A stretch of DNA of 64,000 nt from Eubacteriales bacterium (GTDB taxonomy: Bacteria > Bacillota > Clostridia > Oscillospirales > CAG-382), in NCBI GenBank assembly GCA_045539625.1, contig JAZQFS010000042.1, positions 171-64,170 of the forward strand. Reading direction: 5' to 3'. Made by a program: the position numbers and the translations under genes. Every line of letters starts with the position of its first letter. The first letter of the stretch is position 1. The notes beneath the pieces are model-generated. The model was not told the origin of the DNA, did not search any database, and saw nothing but the letters and a program-made list of their open reading frames with translations. Below are positions 53,818 through 61,430 of the stretch, piece by piece.

Positions 53818-53921
53818 CTACATACATCTTCTTTCATAGGACAGTAATTTTAACATAAAATATCATCCGTCTATACACCATTTAACATCACAAATGTACA
53901 GTCCACCTGATTTTATACTCC

Positions 53922-53950
53922 AGTATATCATATAATTACAAAAAAATCAA
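53922..53950 (-). promoter_or_regulatory. candidate promoter for the EPS operon
   Basis: Minus strand: TTGATT (53950-53945), 17-nt spacer, TATACT (53927-53922), about 105 nt upstream of the cyclase start. Confidence 0.35.
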
Positions 53951-54131
53951 TAAACAAAGAACATTTTTTTAATAAACAAACATAAAACAATAGCTATTTT
54001 TACCGTTTTTTTACAAGTTTTGAAAGGACACTATAAAAGGGTGGATCTTATACAATGACAAAAGAAAAGGACGGAATATCCGCCCAAAGTACTTTATTTA
54101 CTTGTACAAATCTGATTGATTTTATCCTGCA

Positions 54132-54245
54132 TTAATGTCTTATAGTTCCATCTCTTAAATTTCTCTGTCTGCAGTACTCCAGATACTTATCGCAACCTTC
54201 TTTGAAAGTAAGCGTTGCACCTTTCGCCATCTTAATCTTTTTCAT
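54132..54245 (-). pseudogene. tyrosine-recombinase N-terminal stub (37 codons then stop)
   Basis: MKKIKMAKGATLTFKEGCDKYLEYCRQRNLRDGTIRH* with AAGGAG RBS. Homologous to 29696..29921. No catalytic domain. Confidence 0.5.
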
Positions 54246-54275
54246 CGAAAAATTCTCCTTATATGCGAAAAAATA

Positions 54276-54318
54276 TTGGACACATCACCGTGCAAAAATA
54301 CACAAATGATGTGTCCAA
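54276..54318 (-). terminator. terminator hairpin after the GGGtGRT operon
   Basis: TTGGACACATCA-n19-TGATGTGTCCAA, a perfect 12-bp stem, followed on the minus strand by TATTTTTT. Confidence 0.55.
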
Positions 54319-54406
54319 CTCTTTTATTATTAAATTTCAGTAATCGGATTTTTTCGATGCTTTAAGGAAATTTCAAAAAGTTCCAAAAGCCTTGAAAATC
54401 AAGGAA

Positions 54407-55405
54407 TTACTTGCTTGCTTCTTCAACAGCAACAGCCACAGCAACTGTAGCACCAACCATGGGGTTGTTGCCCATGCCGATGAGACCCATCATTTCTACG
54501 TGAGCAGGAACTGAGGAAGAACCTGCGAACTGAGCGTCGCCGTGCATTCTACCCATAGTATCTGTCATACCGTAGGAAGCAGGACCTGCAGCCATGTTAT
54601 CGGGGTGAAGTGTACGTCCTGTACCGCCGCCTGATGCAACGGAGAAGTACTGCTTACCGTTTTCTGTACACCACTTCTTGTAGGTACCTGCAACGGGGTG
54701 CTGGAATCTTGTGGGGTTGGTGGAGTTACCTGTGATGGATACACCAACGTTTTCAAGTCTCATGATTGCAACGCCTTCGGGAACGCTGTCAGCACCGTAG
54801 CACTTAACGTCAGCTCTGGGACCCTTGGAGTAAGGAGTTTCAGAAATAACTGTAACTTCTTCTGTAGCAGGATCGAACTGTGTCTTAACATAGGTAAAGC
54901 CGTTGATTCTGGAAATGATGAATGCAGCGTCCTTGCCGAGACCGTTAAGAATAACCTTAAGAGGCTTTGTTCTTACCTTGTTTGCGTTGAGAGCGATTTT
55001 GATAGCGCCTTCAGCAGCAGCAAAGGATTCGTGACCTGCCAGGAAGCAGAAGCACTCTGTTTCTTCGGAGAGAAGCATCTTACCGAGGTTACCGTGACCG
55101 AGACCAACCTTTCTGTTTTCTGCAACGGAACCGTTAATACAGAAAGCCTGAAGACCGATACCGATAGCAGCAGCAGCGTCAGCAGCCTTTGTGCAACCCT
55201 TCTTGATTGCGATAGCTGCACCTACTGTGTATGCCCAAACTGCGTTTTCGAAGCAGATAGGCTGTGTTTCTCTTACGATTTTGTCGCAGTCGATGCCCTT
55301 TGCAAGGGTGATTTCCTTACATTCTTCAACGGACTTAATGCCGTATTCAGCAAGAACTGCATTGATTTTGTCAATTCTTCTTTCGTAGCTTTCAAATAAT
55401 GCCAT
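54407..55405 (-). CDS. GGGtGRT family protein (function unknown)
   Basis: Contains the eponymous motif ...VASGGGTGRTLHPDN... AAGGAGG RBS. Confidence 0.85.
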   Translation of the reverse strand: MALFESYERRIDKINAVLAEYGIKSVEECKEITLAKGIDCDKIVRETQPICFENAVWAYTVGAAIAIKKGCTKAADAAAAIGIGLQAFCINGSVAENRKVGLGHGNLGKMLLSEETECFCFLAGHESFAAAEGAIKIALNANKVRTKPLKVILNGLGKDAAFIISRINGFTYVKTQFDPATEEVTVISETPYSKGPRADVKCYGADSVPEGVAIMRLENVGVSITGNSTNPTRFQHPVAGTYKKWCTENGKQYFSVASGGGTGRTLHPDNMAAGPASYGMTDTMGRMHGDAQFAGSSSVPAHVEMMGLIGMGNNPMVGATVAVAVAVEEASK

Positions 55406-55427
55406 TGTATTTTTCCTCCTTCACTTA

Positions 55428-56120
55428 TTATTCATGACGGGGATCAATGTACTTTGCAGCATCATTGAATCTACCGTAATTGCCCTTAGCCTTTTCGTAT
55501 GCGGTGTTGGGATCGTCGCCCTTCTTGATGAAGTCTGTCATCTTGGCGAGGGATACGAATTCGTAACCGATAACCTGATCGTCTTCGTCAAGAGCCATTC
55601 TTGTTACATAGCCTTCAGCCATTTCAAGGTATCTTACGCCCTTAGCCTTTGTGCCGTACATTGTACCAACCTGGCTTCTGAGGCCCTTACCAAGGTCTTC
55701 AAGACCTGCGCCTACTGTAAGACCGTCTTCAGAGAATGCGGACTGTGAACGTCCGTAAACGATCTGGAGGAAAAGCTCACGCATTGCTGTATTGATCGCA
55801 TCGCAAACAAGGTCAGTGTTGAGAGCTTCGAGGATTGTCTTGCCCTGGAGAATTTCTGCTGCCATAGCTGCAGAGTGTGTCATACCGGAGCAACCGATTG
55901 TTTCAACGAGAGCTTCTTCGATAACGCCGTTCTTAACGTTAAGAGAAAGCTTACATGCGCCCTGCTGAGGAGCACACCAGCCGATACCGTGTGTAAAACC
56001 GGAAATGTCGGCGATTTCTTTAGCCTGTACCCACTTACCTTCTTCGGGAATGGGAGCGGGACCGTGGTTGGGACCCTTGGCTACACAGCACATATTGTTT
56101 ACTTCAGATGTGTAATTCAT
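55428..56120 (-). CDS. NifU-N/IscU-like domain protein with C-terminal extension
   Basis: Start at 56120 is preferred (AGGAAG RBS). Cys-containing scaffold-like segment: GIGWCAPQQGACKLSLNVKNGVIEEALVETIGCSGMTHSAAMAAEILQGKTILEAL. Family call made by eye. Confidence 0.65.
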   Translation of the reverse strand: MNYTSEVNNMCCVAKGPNHGPAPIPEEGKWVQAKEIADISGFTHGIGWCAPQQGACKLSLNVKNGVIEEALVETIGCSGMTHSAAMAAEILQGKTILEALNTDLVCDAINTAMRELFLQIVYGRSQSAFSEDGLTVGAGLEDLGKGLRSQVGTMYGTKAKGVRYLEMAEGYVTRMALDEDDQVIGYEFVSLAKMTDFIKKGDDPNTAYEKAKGNYGRFNDAAKYIDPRHE

Positions 56121-56269
56121 GTGTATACTTCCTTTCTGATTTTTCATGTATTTCAATTTTATTGAAAACAAATTCTTTGCTGACAATTCGTGAATTGTCC
56201 CTACATTTTTTGTTTCGCAATATCATGCGACTGTCAACCCAAGAAACGGGACGTCGAGGACGCCGTACC

Positions 56270-56842
56270 CTACTTAATGATTTCGCCCATCATGCCGGGT
56301 GTGCAGCAAGCAGCGTTGGATTCGTCTGTATCGATGTGCATTGCGGGAGCAAACTTTTCGCTTACTCTTACTACAACGTCGCCGAATACAAGGCTTCTGC
56401 CTTGGGATTCAACCTTAACGGAAACAACTTCCTTATCTGCAACTCCCCATTTTGCAGCAACATCGGGTGTTGTGTGAATGTGACGCTTTGCAGCGATAAC
56501 GCCTTCGGAAAGCTCTACCTCGCCGCAAGGACCAACCAGCTTACAAGCTCCTGAGCCTGCAATGTCGCCTGATTCTCTGATTGGAGCATTTACGCCGATG
56601 CTTCTTGCATCTGTGAGAGAAATTTCAACCTGTGATGCAGGTCTTGCAGGACCGAGAATGCTGACGCCTGCCAGCTCCTTCTTGGAACCTACTACCGTTA
56701 CTCTTTCTTCGCAAGCGAACTGACCGGGCTGTGACAAATCCTTCTTATGTGTAAGTTCGTGTCCCTTACCGAAAAGAATTTCGATGTGCTCGGCTGTGAG
56801 ATGTACGTGTCTTGCTGATGTTTCAACTAAAACCTGTGCCAT
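56270..56842 (-). CDS. pduL: phosphate propanoyltransferase (PduL-type phosphotransacylase)
   Basis: Duplicated PduL motif: VETSARHVHLTAEHIEILFG...GPARPASQVEISLTDARSIG and AAKRHIHTTPDVAAKWG...RVSEKFAPAMHIDTDESNA. Confidence 0.85.
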   Translation of the reverse strand: MAQVLVETSARHVHLTAEHIEILFGKGHELTHKKDLSQPGQFACEERVTVVGSKKELAGVSILGPARPASQVEISLTDARSIGVNAPIRESGDIAGSGACKLVGPCGEVELSEGVIAAKRHIHTTPDVAAKWGVADKEVVSVKVESQGRSLVFGDVVVRVSEKFAPAMHIDTDESNAACCTPGMMGEIIK

Positions 56843-56879
56843 TTTTCTGACTCCTTTAATATATGTTATTTATTTTTTA

Positions 56880-57257
56880 TTATTCAACAGGGTATGCAAT
56901 GGTTGTCATAAGTGCCATTTCAACTGCGCTTGTATCAAGTCTTGAATACTGTACAACAAGCTCGGTGTTTGATTCAACGAGAATTGCATAGGGTACGTCT
57001 CTTGCTATCTTTTCGCCGTGCTTTGACACCATTTTATCAAGTCTGATATGATGTGTTCTGCCTGCCTTACACTGGCTTACAAATTCGCCCTCAATCTTAT
57101 CTCTGTCCTCATAGAAAAGAGTAAGGTTAATTTCTGCATCAACGTCGCTTGTATTGATAACGCATATAGCCTCGTGGCTTACGTTCTCATTCTTTGAAAC
57201 GGAGTTGAGGAAGCAGTCAGGTATAAGCCATGTCTTTTTTCCGTATGTTTTGCCCAT
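56880..57257 (-). CDS. ASRT (sensory rhodopsin transducer-like) family small beta-sandwich protein
   Basis: MGKTYGKKTWLIPDCFL...SHEAICVINTSDVDAEINLTLFYEDRD...RTHHIRLD...VPYAILVESNTELVVQYSRLDTS...ALMTTIAYP parallels the Anabaena ASRT pattern. ATG at 57257 is preferred over GTG at 57266. Confidence 0.75.
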   Translation of the reverse strand: MGKTYGKKTWLIPDCFLNSVSKNENVSHEAICVINTSDVDAEINLTLFYEDRDKIEGEFVSQCKAGRTHHIRLDKMVSKHGEKIARDVPYAILVESNTELVVQYSRLDTSAVEMALMTTIAYPVE

Positions 57258-57311
57258 TTGTGTCACCTCTCGAAATAATTGTTAAAGATTGACATTTTTT
57301 CAACAATTTAC

Positions 57312-57340
57312 ATTATAGCACGTAATAATCAAAAAATCAA
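57312..57340 (-). promoter_or_regulatory. sigma-70 promoter for the ASRT-pduL-NifU-like-GGGtGRT operon
   Basis: Minus strand: TTGATT (57340-57335), 17-nt spacer, TATAAT (57317-57312). Confidence 0.5.
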
Positions 57341-57480
57341 GTGTTTTTTTGCTGTTTTGACACTTTCATACCAATCGCACAAAACGGCGGTGTTTTTGCC
57401 TTTATGTTTTTTTCGATTTATGCATTGAAGCACACTTTTACCGCGGACGTTTCCACTGCACACTCCCCTGCTCCATAACA

Positions 57481-57507
57481 AAAAAATCCGCTGTTTGCGG
57501 ACTTTTT
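57481..57507 (-). terminator. short terminator after 57521..57898
   Basis: Minus strand: TCCGC-AAACA-GCGGA followed by TTTTTT. The stem is only 5 bp, flanked by A and T tracts. Confidence 0.45.
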
Positions 57508-57520
57508 CATCATCAGTTCA

Positions 57521-57898
57521 TTATTTTAACAGCTCGTCTGTCAGGCGCATTATTTCAGGTGCCGCCTTTTTTCTTTCACGGGCAAGTGTTTTATTATACA
57601 AGGGATACGCAAGAATTACAAGCACAATTCCGATCATTCCCACTGCAACGCCGGGTGCAAACAGGCTGTTCTGCCACACAAGACAACAGCTCATTCCAAG
57701 CCCCAAAGCAAGTATTCCCACAATACCTGCCGCAAGAGAAAATGCCGTCGCCTTCCCGTAAACAGCCGAGTCAAGCATTTTCAGCCTCTGAAGCTTATCC
57801 TCCTCTTGGGGAATGTACTTTTTTCGTATACTTTTTATTTCCTCCTGCTGTTTTGCACTGTAAGTATAGTTAAATGAGTTATTTACATTATTCTCCAT
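57521..57898 (-). CDS. small 2-TM membrane protein, paralog of 60925..61290
   Basis: Cytoplasmic helical N-terminus (KQQEEIKSIRKKYIPQEEDKLQRLKMLD), two TM segments, and a basic C-terminal tail. Collinear with the other copy. Confidence 0.6.
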   Translation of the reverse strand: MENNVNNSFNYTYSAKQQEEIKSIRKKYIPQEEDKLQRLKMLDSAVYGKATAFSLAAGIVGILALGLGMSCCLVWQNSLFAPGVAVGMIGIVLVILAYPLYNKTLARERKKAAPEIMRLTDELLK

Positions 57899-58793
57899 TA
57901 TTCGGTCTTCTCCTCTGATTTTTTATAAGCCTTATTTTTCTGTTACTGTTGACTATCATATAAACTGCCGTCACTATTAAAAATACCGATACTGCGCCGC
58001 CGCTTAATGACAGGAACACAAGCCGTGTTTTATCTGTCAGCGTTTCACCGCCAAAGGCTGTAAGCATGGTGCTTTCAAGAGTGAGCATTGAAACACAGGC
58101 GTTTGCAAGGCTTATTGCCTTTGATGCCGAAAACACGGGGCTGTTATACTTTCTGTATCTTACAATATTCACGGTTGCCGCCGTAAACGATGTGAAGGTA
58201 TATGCCGCCATGGCTATTGCGGTAATCTGATGGTGGTTAAAGGTTCTGTTCCAATACACCATAAAGAAAACCACCGCCGACAAAATAACGTTCAGAAACA
58301 GAAATACAACAGCACACATACGGTATTTCACAAGCTCTTTATACATTCTTTGTCCCGGTTTATACTTTCTTGAATGACAGGCAAGAAAAAACCTCATTAC
58401 CGCAAGCAGAATGTAATACACCGACAGCGACAAAAACCAAAAGCTTTTATGGCGCAAGCCCAGCACCAGATGCATAAGAGCATACGCCGTATTCCATACA
58501 AAAGTTCCGTACAGCGATATTATCACACGCACTCTCGGGTCTGAAAAGTATATTTTTGCATATTTATTATTGCTTTTAAAGCTTGCGAAAAAGCGTATTA
58601 TCTCAGGTATCCTTATGCACCACACAACAAGTGTATAAAAAGATGTGGCATAAGAAACAGCCGCCGCAATGGATTTTGCGCCGAATTTTACCGAGGTATA
58701 CGCCGTCAAGGCTGCGGATATTACAAGCAACGGCACCAAAGCTTTTGTGTTCGGGTAAAGCAGAAGCTTAAGTATTTTCACTGTTTTTTTCAT
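57888..58793 (-). CDS. polytopic membrane protein, function unknown
   Basis: About 8 hydrophobic segments. Start at 58793 (MKKTVKILK) is preferred. It overlaps the kinase stop. Confidence 0.6.
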   Translation of the reverse strand: MKKTVKILKLLLYPNTKALVPLLVISAALTAYTSVKFGAKSIAAAVSYATSFYTLVVWCIRIPEIIRFFASFKSNNKYAKIYFSDPRVRVIISLYGTFVWNTAYALMHLVLGLRHKSFWFLSLSVYYILLAVMRFFLACHSRKYKPGQRMYKELVKYRMCAVVFLFLNVILSAVVFFMVYWNRTFNHHQITAIAMAAYTFTSFTAATVNIVRYRKYNSPVFSASKAISLANACVSMLTLESTMLTAFGGETLTDKTRLVFLSLSGGAVSVFLIVTAVYMIVNSNRKIRLIKNQRRRPNNGE

Positions 58794-59868
58794 ACAAGCC
58801 TCTGCCAATTCTGACGGTGAAGGTAGTGCCTGAGTTCTGCAGGCTTTCAACACCTATTTCGCCGTGTAAAATATCCACAACCTTTTTTACAAGAGCAAGT
58901 CCCAGTCCGTTACCCTGTGATGAGCGTGAAGTATCGCCCTGATAGAATTTTTCAAATATATGCTTTCCCACGTCCTCCGACATTCCGCAGCCTGTATCGG
59001 CTACCGAAACGGTTGCATGGTGCTGTGTTGCACAAAGCTTCACCGTCACCTTTCCGCCGTCGTCCGTAAACTTGAAGGCATTGGAAAACAGATTATTCCA
59101 CACAAGTGCCAACAACTCGCTGTCGGCGTTTACCGTGACGTTTTCCTCAATATCGGTTTCTATTTCAATATTCTTACTCTCCCACACATTTTCGTACTGC
59201 AAAAGGCAGGAGCAAAGCTGTTCACCCAAATCGTACAGTTGTACATTGGGATATATTTTCTGACTTTCGAGACGGTTGAGACGCAGAATATTTGTCATCA
59301 TATCCGCAAGTCTCTTTGAGCCGTCCGCCACGCCCACGGCATACTCCATTCGCTTTTCTTCGCTTAAGTTTTCCTGCATCAGCAATGTTGCATAATTACC
59401 CATCACCGACAGCGGTGTTTTCATTTCGTGAGACACATTGGAAACAAAGTCGCACCTTAAGGTTTCAACGCCCGACAGTTCCTTTGCCATTTTATTGAAG
59501 CTGTCTATGATTTTATTGAAGGTATCGTCCGCACCAAACCGTCCCAGAGGCTTTATTCTTACCGAAAAATCCCCCTGTATTATTTTCTCAGCCGCCTGCT
59601 CTATCTGCTTTACAGGTCTTTCCACGGTATACCTTCTTCTCACCGAATCGAGGACGGTAAAAACAAGGCTTAACAGTATTACATTGAGAAATGTAATCTT
59701 TGCCGCAAGGCTTATGTTTTCATCTGTCAGCGTAACATTCAAAGTATTACTGAGGATTGTTACAAAAAGCATTGTACAGCAGGTAATTACAAAAGCCACA
59801 ATCAAAAAGAATGTCATATAGTGATTAAGCCATTTCAGTGCTTTTTTTACATTTATTCTGCCCTTCAC
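58768..59868 (-). CDS. sensor histidine kinase (2 TM, HAMP, HisKA, HATPase_c)
   Basis: H-box FVSNVSHEMKTPLSV, N-box LVWNNLFSNAFKFT, G-boxes VADTGCGM and GNGLGLALV. Confidence 0.85.
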   Translation of the reverse strand: MKGRINVKKALKWLNHYMTFFLIVAFVITCCTMLFVTILSNTLNVTLTDENISLAAKITFLNVILLSLVFTVLDSVRRRYTVERPVKQIEQAAEKIIQGDFSVRIKPLGRFGADDTFNKIIDSFNKMAKELSGVETLRCDFVSNVSHEMKTPLSVMGNYATLLMQENLSEEKRMEYAVGVADGSKRLADMMTNILRLNRLESQKIYPNVQLYDLGEQLCSCLLQYENVWESKNIEIETDIEENVTVNADSELLALVWNNLFSNAFKFTDDGGKVTVKLCATQHHATVSVADTGCGMSEDVGKHIFEKFYQGDTSRSSQGNGLGLALVKKVVDILHGEIGVESLQNSGTTFTVRIGRGLYEKNSENT

Positions 59869-60536
59869 TTAATCACCGCCTTATACCCAAGTCCGTGTAC
59901 TGTTTTGATTTCAAAATCCGAGCACCCCGAAAGCTTTGAGCGCAGTTTTGTCATATAAACATCCACAGCTCTTGGTGCTGTATCGGAATCGGCATCCCAA
60001 AATTCATCCATAAGCTGTGTTCTTGTGAAGGTCTTTTTGGGATAGCTGAGGAGCTTATAAAGTATACTGAATTCACGGTTGGTAAGGGATATTTCCTCGC
60101 CGTCAAGGTATGCGGTATGCTCATCGGCGTCCATAACAAACAATCCGATTTCAAGCTTTCTGCTCTGTGCTATTTTTGCTCTTCTCAAAAGTGCCCCTAT
60201 TCTTAAAAACAGCTCATCAAGGTCAATGGGCTTTACCATATAATCGTCAACGCCTATGCGGAAGCCTCTCTGCTTTGAAGCAATATCATCACGTGCCGTC
60301 ATAAACAGTATTGGAATATCGCAATTCAGCTCACGCACCGTTCTTGCAAACTCAAAGCCGTCAATTTTTGGCATCATTATATCCGACACTATAAGGTCAA
60401 ACATATTCTCGTACATAGCATCATACGCTTCGTTTGCTCCGAGACAGCCTACCGCTTCATATCCCGAATGATTGAGAAACGAGCACACCGTTTTATTAAG
60501 TTCTTTATCGTCTTCCACAACAAGTATCTTGAACAT
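59865..60536 (-). CDS. OmpR/PhoB-type response regulator
   Basis: Receiver domain (ILVVEDD...DLIVSDIMMPKIDG...TARD) plus winged-helix domain (LTNREFSILYKLL...VDVYMTKLRSKL...IKTVHGLGYK). ATGA overlap with the kinase gene. Confidence 0.9.
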   Translation of the reverse strand: MFKILVVEDDKELNKTVCSFLNHSGYEAVGCLGANEAYDAMYENMFDLIVSDIMMPKIDGFEFARTVRELNCDIPILFMTARDDIASKQRGFRIGVDDYMVKPIDLDELFLRIGALLRRAKIAQSRKLEIGLFVMDADEHTAYLDGEEISLTNREFSILYKLLSYPKKTFTRTQLMDEFWDADSDTAPRAVDVYMTKLRSKLSGCSDFEIKTVHGLGYKAVIK

Positions 60537-60621
60537 TTCAGCCTCCGCAACATTTTTCTGTTATCTGACACCTATTATAACACCCAAATGTTTCTGTTTT
60601 GTTTAAATACTCAGTTTTTCG

Positions 60622-60652
60622 AAAAAAAATGAGCTGATTTTATTCAGCTCAT
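60622..60652 (-). terminator. rho-independent terminator after 60660..60923
   Basis: Minus strand: ATGAGCTGA-n6-TCAGCTCAT (9-bp stem) followed by TTTTTTTT. Confidence 0.6.
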
Positions 60653-60659
60653 CTTGAAA

Positions 60660-60923
60660 TTATTCGCCCTTTGCCTCTTTTATTCGCTCCTGTGCCGCTT
60701 CCATTCGCTCATTAGCCTTGGCAATCTGCTCATTTCTTTGGTTCTGCATAAGTTCGTTACGTCTTTCGGCACTGCCCATTGCCTTTGCTTCTTCCCACTG
60801 TGCCTTGGATTCTGCTTTTGCTGCCGCGAAATTTGCCTTATCAACCTTATGCTGTGCCTTTGCACTTTCCTTCATATCGGAAAACGCTTTCTCGAAAAAC
60901 TTCACAATTCCCATATTCCACAC
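60660..60923 (-). CDS. small charged coiled-coil-like protein, function unknown
   Basis: Lys/Glu/Ala-rich 87-codon ORF with its own terminator. Start is either GTG at 60923 or ATG at 60914. No recognisable family. Confidence 0.45.
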   Translation of the reverse strand: MWNMGIVKFFEKAFSDMKESAKAQHKVDKANFAAAKAESKAQWEEAKAMGSAERRNELMQNQRNEQIAKANERMEAAQERIKEAKGE

Positions 60924-60924
60924 C

Positions 60925-61290
60925 TTAACCTTTCATTATTTCGTCGCTGAGCGCCACGATTTTTCCTGCGTACTTTTGGCGGCGGCCTGTAAGAATTTTC
61001 TTATAAACGGGATAGTTTACTATTGCCATAAGCATACCCACAATTCCCACCGCAATGCCTGTTGTCATACTGTTCTGTATACCAACAGTGCTTCCGATAT
61101 CCGTCATAACAAGGCTCATTCCGCTTCCCATTACAAGAGCCGAGATGCTTCCGAACACATATGCAAAAATCTCGGCAGGTCTTCTTACAGTTCTGTCAAG
61201 CTTTTTCAGCTCATCAAGCTGTGTATTTTCCTTTTCCGTGTACTGTGTGCGGATTTTCTGTACGAGAAATTCTTTGTCGTTTTTGTTCAT
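60925..61290 (-). CDS. small 2-TM membrane protein, paralog of 57521..57898
   Basis: MNKNDKEFLVQKIRTQYTEKENTQLDELKKLD..., two TM segments, then ..YPVYKKILTGRRQKYAGKIVALSDEIMKG. ATG at 61290 is preferred (AAGAGG RBS). Confidence 0.6.
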   Translation of the reverse strand: MNKNDKEFLVQKIRTQYTEKENTQLDELKKLDRTVRRPAEIFAYVFGSISALVMGSGMSLVMTDIGSTVGIQNSMTTGIAVGIVGMLMAIVNYPVYKKILTGRRQKYAGKIVALSDEIMKG

Positions 61291-61382
61291 TGTCATTACC
61301 TCTTTCTTTATTTTACGCACACATTATATCTGCTGTTTGTTTTTGATTTTTTTGAGAAATGTTTAAGTTTTATTAAAAAGGC

Positions 61383-61413
61383 AAAAAAACACCGTCGGCA
61401 TTAACCGACGGCG
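61383..61413 (-). terminator. rho-independent terminator after 61431..62411
   Basis: Minus strand: CCGTCGG-n6-CCGACGG followed by TGTTTTTTT. Confidence 0.6.
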
Positions 61414-61430
61414 TATGTATCATAAATCAA

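Larger units (their letters stand above)
54132..54631 (-). repeat. right copy of the ~0.5-kb direct repeat (integrase stub + hairpin + 3' end of the intact GGGtGRT gene)
   Basis: See 29696..30286. Similarity ends at CCGCCGCC (54624-54631). Confidence 0.75.

Noticed and set aside
53818-54131. c-di-GMP riboswitch (GEMM-I/II) in the long AT-rich leader of the EPS operon.
   Set aside because: I could not find the conserved GC-rich cores of those riboswitch classes (e.g. GGCAAACC / ACGCAAAGC-type segments) or paired helices by eye. A covariance-model scan (Rfam RF01051, RF01786) would be needed to exclude it fully.
29696-54245. Active prophage or integrative element carrying the EPS genes.
   Set aside because: The only recombinase sequences are N-terminal stubs of tens of codons without a catalytic domain. 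No excisionase, replication, conjugation or phage structural genes are present. The region is better described as a decayed, fixed island.
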